From Rhizodiscina lignyota (lineage: Eukaryota), in NCBI GenBank assembly GCA_010015805.1, contig ML978129.1, positions 558,001 through 622,000 on the forward strand: 64,000 bases of DNA, given 5' to 3'. The position numbers were made by a program, and so were the translations under genes. This document shows positions 26,317 to 38,796 of the stretch, piece after piece. The number at the start of each line of letters is the position of its first letter. Positions within the stretch are counted from its first letter, which is position 1. Below the pieces are notes generated by a model. The model ran no database searches. It was given only the letters and a program-made list of their open reading frames with translations, and had not been told where the DNA came from.

Positions 26317-27482
26317 CTGGTCTCCTGCATTTCTGGTGTCGAGCCATTTGGACTTGCAGAATCCGTTGTGTTACTAGGCCATCTCACCTCCATGTAAACT
26401 TAATGATTGATGTATATGTGTTTGACTAGTAAAATAATTCACGTTGGAGCTGTCCACAACCTGGGCTTGAGTACGAAGAGCTTTGCGGGTGACTTACCGT
26501 CCTTATACTGCTATGCGCCATGACAGCGGACCTGACGACCTTTGTTTTTATTTCCTTAAAAGAAAAAAAATCAGGAGAGGCAGCGGGCGCTAATGATAAT
26601 TTTCAAATGTCTCCTCTTTCTTCCCGCTCCCGTGTTGTGTTTCTGAATACCTTACACACCTATGCTTTGGAAACCTTGAAATCAAGCCTCGCGTACGGAG
26701 ACGCTCAGTCTGGTTCAGGGCTCTGGCTGCTGACTCTGCGCACATGGGATCTGTGTGAGGTCACTTTGTCTTCATGTATCTACCGCTATTCCTTTTTGAG
26801 CCGAATAACTTCATCTCCTTCCCACATCAGCGAAGACGAAAGTTCTTCACCTTGACCTCTTCTATCAGATCTGACGCGGACATCGAATGGTCATACCTGA
26901 TGCTCCAGCTCTATCGCATGGCCTGTTGCTAAAACGTGAGCTGTCACTCTACTTCATGTGGCTACGATGCAGAGGTGCCGATCTTGATCATGCCGTCCTC
27001 TTCGGGGCCGTAAAAATGCAGGTCTTGACAGGAGGCATCAGATGCTATTGGCTATCATCCACGACGACTCTCGAATCAGCTGTATATCTGCGCTTTTAGG
27101 CTCTGTTGGGACGGTTGATTATGCTATATCAGGTCAGTCGGAATGTAACAGCTGAGCGATTGAAATTGTGGTTATGCATCACCATTGGATGGGTAATACA
27201 AGCGAAAGCGATGTTGGAATCTGTCTCACGGGTATGTCGGCGGTATTTACTTCAGATGCTCCAGATACCTTGACTCAAGCGGTTCAACCATGATTACAGA
27301 CGTCCCTTTGCGGATGGCCGTACGCACCATCGCTGCAGGTGGACATCAGCGAAACGACATCATTGAGACCGGGATCTTTCAGAATGCAATATGAGATAGA
27401 TAAGTATGGATTCGATCATCTTCGGCCCTGCAGCTTTCAATTCACAAGTCCGTCAGTGTGCAGGCGCTCGTATGTCGCAAGA

Positions 27483-29188
27483 ATGAACGTGACACTTCTG
27501 AGCTCGATCCTTCTATTCCTCATCCTTTCATATGTCGTAGTCTCAAATGTATTTCGGCGACGGAATCTCAGGGTCCTCGCTGCAAAACTCGGATGCCAGC
27601 CGCTGCTCTCTCAATTTCGTCACAAAGATCGTATATTTGGACTTGACCTTCTTCTCGAGAGCGCCGGTCAACTCAAGCAGCACACGTACCTCGAAAACTC
27701 GCTGAAAAGATCATTAATCTACGGAAACACCTGGAGCGCCCGAGGTCTCGGTAAAGATGTCATCCACACGCACGAGCCGGAGAATCTGAGAGCGGTCTAT
27801 TGCCGTCAGTTCAACGATTTCGTCATCACCGACGCTCGAGTGAAACACTTCTCGACGCTCTTAGGGTCGAGCGTCTTCAGCACCAATGGCGCAGAATGGA
27901 AGCACTCCAGAGCGATGCTCCGACCGGCATTCGCGATTGATCGAGCAGCGGATGTTGATATTTTTGAAAGACATGTTCAAAAGATGATCAAGCTGATTCC
28001 CGCCGATGGACAGAGTGTCGTGGACCTTCAGGACCTATTCTTCCGCTTCACGATGGATTTAGGCACGGACATCTTTTTTGGTGAAAGTCTGAATAGCCTT
28101 CAAGACGATGTCAGAAAGGATAGTGACGCACGGAGATTCGAAGAAGCATACGAAGCGGCCAAGGTACGGTCAATCATATGCATCCACACACAGACAGCCC
28201 GATAACTTGATTCAGAAACATTGTGTACGCAACACGCAGTTGCATCCTATGTATTGGCTGAGGTCCCAAAAGGGATTCAAAGAAGCCGTTGTCACTGTTC
28301 AGGATTTCATGGATCGCTTCGTCGAGCGTGCGCTTGATCGGCGCCAGTTGCTGAAGGACAGCGAAGCACAAAGCGAAACCTTCCTGGACGAGTGGGCCAA
28401 ACTGACCTCAGACAAGGTGAAGCTCAGAAGCGAGTTGCTCAGCGTATTGCTAGCAGCTCGTGACACAACCGCTGCGCTGCTTGGAAATCTATTCTTTGTC
28501 CTTGCGCGGAGGCCGGACGTATGGGAAAAGATGTCTAGCGAAATACAGTTCTTACAAGGAGAGCGTCCAACATACGAACAGCTGAAGCTACTGAAATATA
28601 CTAAATGGTGCATGAACGAATGTAAGCGATCCATTCCTCTGCGATCTTCCTTACTGACGGGTTCGTGCAGCATTGAGACTGCACCCTCAAGTTCCTGTTC
28701 ATGTACGAACAGCAAGCAAGGATACAGTACTTCCCGTCGGAGGAGGGAAAGACGGAAAGTCGCCCATCTTAGTCCCAGCAGGCACAGCCGTGGTAATGAA
28801 TACTTACTGTCTACATCGCCGCGAGGACATATGGGGCGAAGATGCGCAAGTCTTCCGCCCCGAGCGATGGGCTGCATCGCCACTGGATTGGTCATTCATA
28901 CCGTTCTCAGGCGGTCCGCGAAGATGTCTTGGGGCAGATATGGCCATATCAGAGGCTGTGTATATTACCGTCCGACTGCTACAGCACTTCAAGGAGATCA
29001 AGGCGGGAGATGCGGAAGCCTGGCAAGAGGACCTGGCCGTGACATGCTCCAACTTGCATGGAGCTAGAGTTATTCTGACTCCCGCGGATGTCGATGCTTC
29101 AGCAGGTGTTGATTCTGCTCCGATAACACTCAAAGGGGGACTGGAGTGTCTCGAAGTCGAGTATCCTGAGACATGTCTTTCTGCGTAG
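27483..29188 (+). CDS. Cytochrome P450, CYP52 clan-like (alkane/fatty-acid hydroxylase type), 3 exons
   Basis: N-terminal anchor; WKHSRAMLRPAF; DLQDLFFRFTMD; LLAARDTT I-helix; E-S-L-R (ExxR) across the intron at 28622-28670; FRPERW; PFSGGPRRCLG heme motif. Confidence 0.92.
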
Positions 29189-29666
29189 TAAATCGTCCAT
29201 CTTCTCGGTATCAATGCGATTGTAATGAGCTGCGAAACATGTAGTATTAAGCCAACTGTATACCCTTAATCATTGCGGGTATCACTCTCGCCGGCCTTCT
29301 TGTAGTTTTAGATAGCAACGATACGGGTGAATAGCTTGACATGAGACTCTCAGCGGTCAGCATCATGCGGAGCTTTATCACAAGTCCCGTACTGCGTTAC
29401 ACGATCGAATACTTACCAATCTAGTGGTGTTTGTTTCTACTATAGTCACCTGGATAGCTCCTGGTAAATGCTGGCGCGCAATTGCTACATGATCTTTACG
29501 CTACTATTGATCTCGGATGTCCTACTGGGCCACCCTGAAAAACAGCTTGGAACTGATTGAACTCATCTCAAGATCTAGTGTACGCCAGCGAGGCCGATTC
29601 ATATCTATAGCTAATAATGCATATATATAGCAAAACGTTGAAGCAAAATGCAATGCACGCCAAGAT

Positions 29667-32054
29667 TTAATCTCTCACACCCCATCTACCAACTTCCTCC
29701 ATCGCCTCCTCGCCGCCCTCTCCCATCCAAGCATACTTCTCCCCTAGCACGCCCGCAATGCATCTCCATCCGTCCCTCCCACCACCCCACCGCAGCACCT
29801 CTTCTCGAAACCTCTCCCCTTGCCGCCGATCCACCGCCCCATCCTTCGTGCGCTGGAACACATCACACCAGATCTTGCCCGCAATGGCACGGTCGAACAA
29901 GTACGAGTAGTACGTCGCGCCGTACCCAAACAAATGCCCAAAGAAGCCCTGCCACGCCGTGCCGGCCGGCTCCGGGACGCTGCTGTGTGTGTTCCAGATA
30001 TCGTGGTATGTCCTCGTGCTGTCGAAGCCTTTTGCCGCTGCTAGGCCGGAATGGTACGCCTGGTCGAGCATGGCGAGGAGGATCTGCGCCTCCGTCTCGG
30101 CGCCCTGCATACGCATGTCGATGGCGCGCCGCTCGCGGATGAGCTGGTACGGGATCGGGGCGTCGGAGTCCCAGTGGCGGGCCCACAGTTGGAGCACCGC
30201 AGGATCGAAGGCGAAATGCTCCATGAGCACGGAGGGCAGCTCGGCGAAGTCGGTGGCACAGCGGGTGCCGGAGACGTTCTGGAGCTGTGTGCGGCCAAGG
30301 ATGGAATGTATGGCGTGTCCCATTTCGTGGAAGAGGGTTTGAACTTCGCGATAAGAGAGTAAGGTGGGACGAGGCGACGAGGAGGATGAGGTGTGGTTTG
30401 GAGGACGGGCAAAGTCGCAGATTAGGGCGATGGTTGGAAGTTGGTAGAGAAGGCCGTCGGATGGGTCGATGGCATGAGCCATCCCATCTGTGGCAGCCTC
30501 GACTGCAGTATCGAAGGGATGGTACATGTTGCTGTCTCGATACTCCGCTACCTCAATTTCGGAAATCTGTCTCGAACATCGAAGGGTGAAGTGCGCTGGG
30601 TTGGGATTTTTGCCAGGCCGAGCGAAGAGGTCACAGTAGACGACGGCAATATGACCACTTCTTTCGTCGATGACATCGAGACGTCGAACGTCGTCATTCC
30701 ACGTTTCTCCAGGCTGTGCTTCCCTCGGGACAAGGCGGACGCCGTAAAGACGATGGAAGAGTCGTGACAGACCTTGCATGACAGTGCCCAGGGAGAAATA
30801 GTTCGAAAGGGTGTCTGGCGAGCGTATGCGTGTATACAAACTGGATAGCAGGCGAGCAGTATAATACTCGCGGTCCCAGGCAGTAATTTCCCGTGAAAAG
30901 TTCTCGCTGTGTGCATCGGCCTTCTTCACCTCCAGTAATTCCTGCATCTCATCATTGACAGTGGTCTGATTATCTGCAGCCAGTGCCCGTAGGAATTGGT
31001 TGACAGCTTCTGGCGTCTTCGCCATCTTGTCAACCAACGTCATATGTCCAAATGTATCATACCCAGCCAGCTTCGCGAGATCCGATCGCGATGTAAGCAG
31101 AGTCTCCAGCTGTCGTATGCTTCTCTTGGAGGCCGTTCGGTTCGCAGTGTAGATTTCCCTTCGAGTATCAGGATCTTCAACCGAGCGCAATGCCATTTGG
31201 GCGGCCGTTCCAGTCGTGGGAAGCGTTACAGTTCCCCAACGCGTCATTTTCCTGACCAGATTTGGATCCATTCCTGCCAACCTGCTGCTCTCAAGGCTGA
31301 TCTGCTCCTTCGCTGGCGCCATGTCGTTGACAAAGTCTGTCCCCATCTCCGCAATATCGTTCGAAATCTCCACGAATCTCTGTCGGACACCCTCTGGCAG
31401 GTCTATAGCCGACTTTGAGAAGTCTTTGGCTAGTATGTTGGCCACAACTCGCTCTTCCTCCGTCCATGATGATACTACCTCTTGCATTGACAGTGCAGTC
31501 TTTAGCTGTTCGTTCAAGCCCGTCGTCGTATTCAGCTTGTTCATGTATTCAAACATCATGGCATAGGCTTGGGATGCCGCAGCTTGTATTCTTCGATCAG
31601 GATGGGTCGAACGCACGAAGTCTGAGAGGTCGATAACGCGGCAGAGGAGGTCGCTTAGGCGATCTAAGTTTCGTGCAATGCGCTTGTAGTCGTCTACAGA
31701 GGACGCAGCAAGCACTTTCGCGACGAGTCGCTGGCATTTCTGCAAAGTGACTTGGGCGAATGTCTGGAAACCCTCGGGCTTGGTCAGGTAGCGGTTCTGA
31801 AAGAGGCCCGTCGAGTCGCTGGCGTAGTTCCGGTTGCTCCTTTGCGAGAAATCTCTCCAAAAAGACGGAGAGTCGAAGATCTTTCGCAGAATCTTGTCGT
31901 CGTGACTTGCTTCTGGGCTATCGCGTGCCACCGGACCAAAGGATATTGCTTCTTCGCTCGAAGTAGATGTTGCGGCGACGGTGGTGCCATGGCGGCGCTG
32001 TTGACGAAGGCATCTTGGACAAGTCCATAGCTGCCTCCTCAGGCTCTTGATCAT
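29667..32054 (-). CDS. OCT1: Mitochondrial intermediate peptidase (M3 metallopeptidase), intronless
   Basis: Arg-rich presequence; LDRLSDLLCRVIDLSDFVR; TLFHEMGHAIHS (HExxH); GTRCATDFAELPS; FGHLFGYGATYYSY. Confidence 0.96.
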   Translation of the reverse strand: MIKSLRRQLWTCPRCLRQQRRHGTTVAATSTSSEEAISFGPVARDSPEASHDDKILRKIFDSPSFWRDFSQRSNRNYASDSTGLFQNRYLTKPEGFQTFAQVTLQKCQRLVAKVLAASSVDDYKRIARNLDRLSDLLCRVIDLSDFVRSTHPDRRIQAAASQAYAMMFEYMNKLNTTTGLNEQLKTALSMQEVVSSWTEEERVVANILAKDFSKSAIDLPEGVRQRFVEISNDIAEMGTDFVNDMAPAKEQISLESSRLAGMDPNLVRKMTRWGTVTLPTTGTAAQMALRSVEDPDTRREIYTANRTASKRSIRQLETLLTSRSDLAKLAGYDTFGHMTLVDKMAKTPEAVNQFLRALAADNQTTVNDEMQELLEVKKADAHSENFSREITAWDREYYTARLLSSLYTRIRSPDTLSNYFSLGTVMQGLSRLFHRLYGVRLVPREAQPGETWNDDVRRLDVIDERSGHIAVVYCDLFARPGKNPNPAHFTLRCSRQISEIEVAEYRDSNMYHPFDTAVEAATDGMAHAIDPSDGLLYQLPTIALICDFARPPNHTSSSSSPRPTLLSYREVQTLFHEMGHAIHSILGRTQLQNVSGTRCATDFAELPSVLMEHFAFDPAVLQLWARHWDSDAPIPYQLIRERRAIDMRMQGAETEAQILLAMLDQAYHSGLAAAKGFDSTRTYHDIWNTHSSVPEPAGTAWQGFFGHLFGYGATYYSYLFDRAIAGKIWCDVFQRTKDGAVDRRQGERFREEVLRWGGGRDGWRCIAGVLGEKYAWMGEGGEEAMEEVGRWGVRD

Positions 32055-32257
32055 CCTGCCAGAGGGTGTAGTGTAGGAGTGCGCGAGGAAGAGACGGTTG
32101 CCATCGGCATGAATCTGTTGCTTTTCGGCTTGTCAATACGGCGCGCTCTTTCTCAACTGATGCCACTTCGGCCGCGATGCCAGATGCCAGGAGCTCGAAA
32201 CTTCCCGTCATCCTACGTCTTTTGCTTGACAGCAATTGAGCACCAGCCCGGGCGAAA

Positions 32258-33209
32258 ATGGCCTTTAGACCGCTGCTTTGGCATGTGAGTGGTTTATAAG
32301 CCTTCCAATTGACCTCCTCTGCTCACAAATAGCACAGCGCAATGCGATACCGACGGCCGTTGCGGCCACCGCTCTAGTTTTCTACCCTTGGAGCTCCGCA
32401 TACGCCGAAACGCCAGATATTGACCTCGAGGCTGTATGTGTAACGCTATTTGATGGATTTGTTCTTGGCAGAGTTCTCCAGCTAGTTTGAAAGAGCGTAG
32501 CTATTGGAGCGACCAAGCCTACATTTCACGTCGTCTCGAAATCTCTCGCGCAACTATGCTAAACATTTTGAAGGTCCACCGCAAACCCATCTATGATGAC
32601 CTACCAGCCTCAGCGACTCCAGATTCTGTAGCATACGCACCTTCTACGCCGACATCCTCCCTGATCTCCAACAATGCTTCGTCAAACCCCTCACCCACGC
32701 CGACAGACCGCCTAGCAGGACAGATTCGTCGCGGCCGTCTCTTCCTCCACGACCAAACCGTCAAAGCCGAAGATGCCACAAACCGCACAATGACACATCT
32801 CTTGCACCTCGAGCACTCATTCACCTCGACGATTGCCTCTCTTGCGCCGCCAAAGGAATCGGGAGAACGGCTGCTTCCCAATGGATTGTATGTGCTTGTC
32901 GCGGCAATGGCAGGCTCGATCCTCGTGCGGAACAGGAACATCCTCATCAGGGCAACTATCCCGCCGGCTGTCGGCCTCGGCACAGCGTACACGGTGCTGC
33001 CGTATACGATGAGAAATGTGGGTGACTTGGTTTGGAGTTATGAAGAGAGGTTTCCCACAGTTAGGGATACACACTTGCGGGTCAGAGATCGGATCAGCAG
33101 ATTCGTGGAGACGGGGAAGGCGCATTCACAAATGACAGTGGCTATGGCGGAAGAGAAGGTTGGAGACGTGAGAGCTGCTCTGGAGGATTGGGTCAAGAAG
33201 GGTAAATGA
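32258..33209 (+). CDS. MIC26: MICOS subunit Mic26/Mic27 (apolipoprotein O family), 3 exons
   Basis: RKPIYDD, PTPTDRLAGQIRRGRLFL, LEHSFTSTIASLAPPKESGERLLPNGLYVLVAAMAGSILVRNRNIL; presequence-like first exons. Confidence 0.85.
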
Positions 33210-33461
33210 GGATATAAATTCGGTGTTTGAAAGGAGAGAGCAAAACCCAGCGCGGCTTCGTATCTTGAAGTTCTACGACGTTTGGCAATAGAGGCTTTCC
33301 CTCCGACACTGCTAATCTCTCTTAGATATGCAAATGTGCCACTAGATGTGTAAATATAAAGCAAGATGCAAGCTATGCGCTTCCTTGACCATCAAATCTC
33401 CTGGAGACGATTGCAACGCCCTTTGAAAAAGCATACCATATGGCTGAGGACATCTCTCCTT

Positions 33462-34580
33462 TCAGTCAGTCAAACCGAGCTCCTCCTATTGTACCGTCAG
33501 CCAGGGAATTGTGCAAAATCGTAAATACTCTACCTTAAGATCCTCGAGATTCTTTCCAGTCTCAGTCGCTATATCCTTCACCAGCGTCCACATCTCTTTC
33601 ACAATTGCCTTCCGCTTCCTCGCTACAGTCTCCCACTTCTTTTCTTCCTTCTCAACCAGCTGCTTCTCCTCCGCGCTGATCGGCCGCACGTCGCCCTTTC
33701 GCAATTTGTCTAGACGGGTTGTGACCTCGGCGTGCTTGGCCTCGAGGTCAGCGACGGCGGCGCGCAGATCGGCCGTTGAAAGTGTGGCATTGAGGGCAGA
33801 CAGTGTGGACTTGAGGCCTGTCGCTTGGCTGCGGAGAGCAGTGGTCTCTTCTTGGAGCGACAAGATTGCTGCGTCCAATGCCGCCAAGTGTTCGGGCGTC
33901 GCGGCATCAGCGGGGTCCTGCAGCCAGATTAATATAATAGTGTCGAGATGGCTTGACACGGTGGGAGAGGATGGGATACTTGTATGACGTGGTAGACGAT
34001 CTGTTTGCCTAATAACGGGTCAGCTAAGGTCGTGACTTGGGTTTGACTACGCCCCGCGTCAGCAGTTCAAGACTCACCAGCTGCGCGTCCTTCAATCTCT
34101 TTCTTCTCGTGCATCTCCTTAAGGATCTTCGCTGCACCAGCTTGTGGCTGCGTCAGCTCAACGCGTGAGGCAATCTTGTGGAAGCGAAGACTGACTCTTG
34201 GTCACCTTGTTGTGTAGATTTGCAGAAATGTCGGTTGCCTATGTGGTACCCATTAGTTTCATTGAATATCACGAAACACCATGTTGAGAACGTACGGAAT
34301 AGGGACGACTGCATTGACAGCATGTGGTTAGCTTTGCTCGACGAAGGGTCTCTTGATGCCTCATACTTCTGCTTCCCTGAGATGATACAGCGCGTCAGCA
34401 TCGAATTCCATCAAATGAACCATTAGGATCCTTACGAAGATAGTCAAGAATCATATCGGCCGCTAATAAAACACGCGTCGTCGCGTTAGCTATGCCGCAA
34501 TAGCCCCAGTCGGAGCGATGAGTTCGCAACTGACCGTCATCACCAGACACCTTCTTCGCCTTCTCTTTTGTCGGAGCCAT
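33462..34580 (-). CDS. HOP2: Hop2/TBPIP meiotic homologous-pairing protein (9 exons, including 10- and 13-nt microexons)
   Basis: Spliced sequence MILDYLRKQNRPYSATDISANLHNKVTK...KILKEMHEKKEIEGRAAGKQIVYHVIQ (winged helix), coiled coil, RKRKAIVKEMW, terminal EELGLTD. Confidence 0.88.
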
Positions 34581-35000
34581 GATGGACGTTTCAAGTAGGA
34601 GCAGAGATAACAAGTTGTGCGCGACTATGTGGTGGGAACACGCAGTTGTGGGTATAGTTTAAGGTTGAAAGTCAACTCAGACGCGCACATAACAGGCGCG
34701 AGTCGAGTCGGGAAGGTCTACGATGCGACAAAATGTTACCCAAAGACTTGTAGATTGCGATATAAAGACATGTCCTTCTAAAAAGATACAACCCGCATTT
34801 TATTTGTGCCCATCTCATCTCTGTATGTAATTTTTCGAAGAGTATCCTACAGCTGTAGATAATATTTACGCGCTGCTCTTCCCAACGGCCGATACCTATC
34901 CAGGGGCCAGCAAATCATTAATCATTACCATTGACCGAAATTACCGGTGGTACTCCACGCCGCGCCATGCAATTGAAGTAAGGGAATAATCGTTCGAGTA

Positions 35001-37793
35001 TCACATGACAATCTGCGAACTGTCAGCACCTACCGCTGTCGTAACGTTATGTGAGCAAAGCGGGAGCACTTACACAATCCTGGTCATTCTTCTGTTGAGG
35101 GATGCCCATATCCTCGAATGTTTTCGGTCCTTTGCCCGGCGGTCGTGCAGCAGGCTTGCCAGGCTGCGGTTGTTGTTGCGCAGGCGGCTGCGCTGACGGC
35201 TGCGTAGGCCTCTGTGGACCACCTCCAGATACTGGCAACCTCCCACCCGAGGGTGGTCGTGATGACGGACTTGGTCCTGGTCTCAAACCAACACCTGGTG
35301 TCCCGTACGTCGAAGGCGACGCCGTCCGGCCCGGCACGGGTCTACTATCCATTCTTGGTGGACGGTCAAACTGTCCACCAGGGGTGGGCCCAGCAGACAT
35401 TGGCGTAGCAGATATCGGGGTACCGCCACCGACAGGACGCTTTCGCACATCGAGAGGCGGGACGTATGATTCGGAAGACATTGTTTTGCCTTGCAGTCCT
35501 CCTGGCTTTTGCAACCTTCTTCTGTTGTCCTCTGGAGCGGAGAACCCAATATCCAGCCTGGGGCCTTGATTGAGAGGCTCCTTTGGCGGTAGCATCGGGC
35601 CCGGAGGACCCTCCGGCCGGTCAAGGCTTGGACCGCCTGGCTGACGGTAACCAGCGGGCGAGGCAGGGGGGCCAGAAGCAATCCTTTGATTTGGCGGGCG
35701 AGCACCACGTCCTGCCCCTTCCATTCCAGAATATGGTCGGTTCTGCCAAGGTGCTGGGCCAGAAGGGAGGCCGGGTCCGCGCTGAGCACCGTAGCCATCG
35801 TTTGGCGGATACGGACCCGGGCCGCCCACCGAGTGTGGTCTCATCTCTGCGGCGAATCCGCCTGCTAGCTTTCCTCCTATCAGTGGAGGTCCATCAGTTG
35901 CTGGATAAGGAGCTACTGTGGCAGGTCTCTCAAGTGGTGGCGAGACCATTGGAGGTCCATCTGACATAGGATAAGGAGTTGTCGACGAGGTACGTGGAGG
36001 AATATTTCCCACGGTCGTAGCTGGGCGTTGCATATGGTCGTTCTCGTAGCCATCATCACCGTACTCATCAGATACTGTTGGTAGAGACGGCGCAGCGGCT
36101 CTGCCAGCAAGCTTAGCGGGTCGCTTCCCACGCATCGAGCCATACTGTGACTTGATTCTCGAGACTGCAACATTTTCATGGTCTCTCTTCGATAAAGTTT
36201 GCCCGGAACTGTTGATGCTCTGTACGCGAGCTTCGGCATCCTTGTTCCCTGCTGCGGCGGCTTTCTCGTACCATTCAACGGCCTTGGAAGCATCGACAGG
36301 AACACCTAGTCCGATTTCATAGAAGTACCCCATGCCGAAGAGCGCGGTTGGCAAGCCGGCCATTGCAGCACGGAGGCAGTATGTGTAAGCCAATTGGTCG
36401 TTCTTCTGGAAGACGCCCTCATGACCACAGAGGAACCACTTGCTGATTGCCATGTCCCCTTCAATCTCGCCCTGGCGAGCAGCTAAGGCATTGTAATGGA
36501 GTGACATTGCCGGGTTGAATTCGCAGCCCAGAGAGCAGAGTTCGTATGCAGATCCCATCTTCAGCTGAGCTTTTGCAAATCCCAGATATGCTGCCTTCTC
36601 AATGTTGTGCCTCGCTGCCTTCTCGTCGTATGGGAGAAACGTGTCGGGGACTTGGACTTGGTTCAGCTCGTGAGCCTGAAGCATGCCTAGGACCTGTAAT
36701 TTCTCGATCAGCCAAGCTGTCAGGGAAGGTGGAAGAGCATACATACGTAAGCTCCTTGAGGAGCGTTCTCATCCGCCGTCGCAGCAGCCTCGGTGAGTAA
36801 TTGGATGCCCCTGGCGAAATCCTGTGGCTGGCCAGCTTGACCTAACAGTGTCATCATACCGAGCCGGTAGTTTGATGCAGAGTCGTTCTCGTCTGCCCCT
36901 TTCTTATAGTGCTGAAGAGCCTTGATAGGATCGTTTGACTGCTCGAATTGCATGCCCATGCGGTATTCTGCTCTGCAATATCCGCGGTCCGCTGCTCTCT
37001 GGTAGCATCTGAATGCCTCTCTCTTGTCTTGACGTTGTCCAAACTTGCCAAACTCTAACCACATGCCTTTCATGAACTCCGCCTTTGGGTGGTGCTGCTC
37101 TGCGAGGAACGAGACAATGTTCATAGCGTCCAAACGGAGCTCGTGCTCCACTTGCGGCGTGGCAGCTCTCGCGGGTTGACTTTCAGATATGCGTGCCTCG
37201 TGTGTCATCGCCGCGTCCACGTATGCCAAAGCGTCCTGCGCCCAAGCCAGCTGCATCTCGGGGTCGTTGGAGTTGAGGACCGGCACCCTCGCGTCCCACA
37301 ATATGCTCTCCTTCTCTTCGTCTGATGGCGGGACATTGGGCGGTAGGGGATGGACTTTCGGGAAGGGAGAGAAGTTGGGCACCTCGGCGGGTGCGTGGGA
37401 GGTCATGCTTGGGATATTGGGAGCGTTGCCTGCGGCGTATCCAGCGCTCCCATTCTGTTCGTATGCCCTCGACATTTGGCCGTCTACTGGAGTATGTGTC
37501 GGGACAGGTCGATTTACAGGTTCGTTTGCTTCTAGTTCGAGGTGTGCTATTCCATCTTGTATCTGTCCAGGGACCTCTGGCATAAGACTGCTCTCCCACA
37601 TGTTGTTAGCCGAGCCACTCCAGCCACGGCGGGTGTATTTGGATTCAGTTAATCCTCACACGACTTACCGTTGAGGAGCAGGAGAAATGACCTCTGCCGG
37701 GGGCGCAGGCAGGTAGTAGTCATCAAATCCACCTGGAGTATACACGGCGCCGAGCTCTGGCTGAGGAGGTTGAGGTCCGTGGTTCGACGACAT
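35001..37793 (-). CDS. CHS4: Chitin synthase activator (Sel1-like repeats) with Pro/Gly-rich tail and CaaX box
   Basis: SNDPEMQLAWAQDAL; Sel1 repeats (AEYRMG, AQLKMGSAYE, ALFGMGYFYEIG); GKGPKTFEDMGIP; spliced C-terminus QDC|IVM-stop. Confidence 0.88.
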
Positions 37794-38796
37794 TTGGGTT
37801 GTTTTGTGCTCCTTTGCAGGGGTGTCTTACTGGGCTGATGACAAGTTAGGAAGAGAAATTTAAAGGCCAACCGCTACGAGTGGTTAACACGGTGGTTCGA
37901 GAAGATGGCCCGCGCTCTGGATATTTCATCAGCGCCGGCCATTAACTACAAGTTGCTTGCCATCGACAGCACGTCGTCTGCGTTGCGCGTGCGCCTCCGC
38001 TGCGCATGCAAGTCACTAGAGGGGCGAGGCTTAGTTCACGCCGTCCTCCAAGCTCCAAGAATAACCATGTCAAACCTTGCTCAGGCACAACCCAATCATC
38101 TCGTCCTGGCCAGCTCTGTCCCACTGCGCAGCAGGCTTGATTTCCGTCCGGTTGCAGGGGTTGACAGCTTCATGACTCCCTGAGAAACGCATGAACGGCC
38201 TTACGCGCGGGATACAAGTATAGCTATGCCGTCCAACAACCAACCGAGCATCACGGGGTACCATTGCAGGGTACGTACCTCTGCATACATGCATTTCTAC
38301 AGTCCGAAAAAATTTATGAAGCCATTATTGAACCTCACAGTGCAGTTCTCAAAATCTGATTCAGGGGCTACCTGTCTCTTGCTGCGGGCTCAAGTATCGT
38401 CTCACCGACCCTTCATTAGTACCAAAATGTTTCGAAACACGTAGAAGCCCGTCACCGCCAAACACGGAAGCCAGGCAGCCGCCGAAACGAGAGTGGGACC
38501 GGGTCAGAATAGGAGTCTGGTATTACATGAAAGTTGTGCCCAGAACAAATGAAATTTGAAGAGGTATGAAAGGAAGCCCCGGGTGGACGATGCAGTTCGT
38601 TACGGGTATGATACATGCGTGCTTTCAGAATGCAAAGGCCGTCAAGCAATATCCAAACGTATCAGAACACCTCCAACTCCTGCAGGCAAAGTCAAATAAC
38701 GATGTGGGTATGACGCTGTTCCGATTTCTCCCATGGTCGTGAACATCAATCAAAAGTTCCGTAGTCGTGTCATTCGTCCTACTTTCTTTCTTTGTC

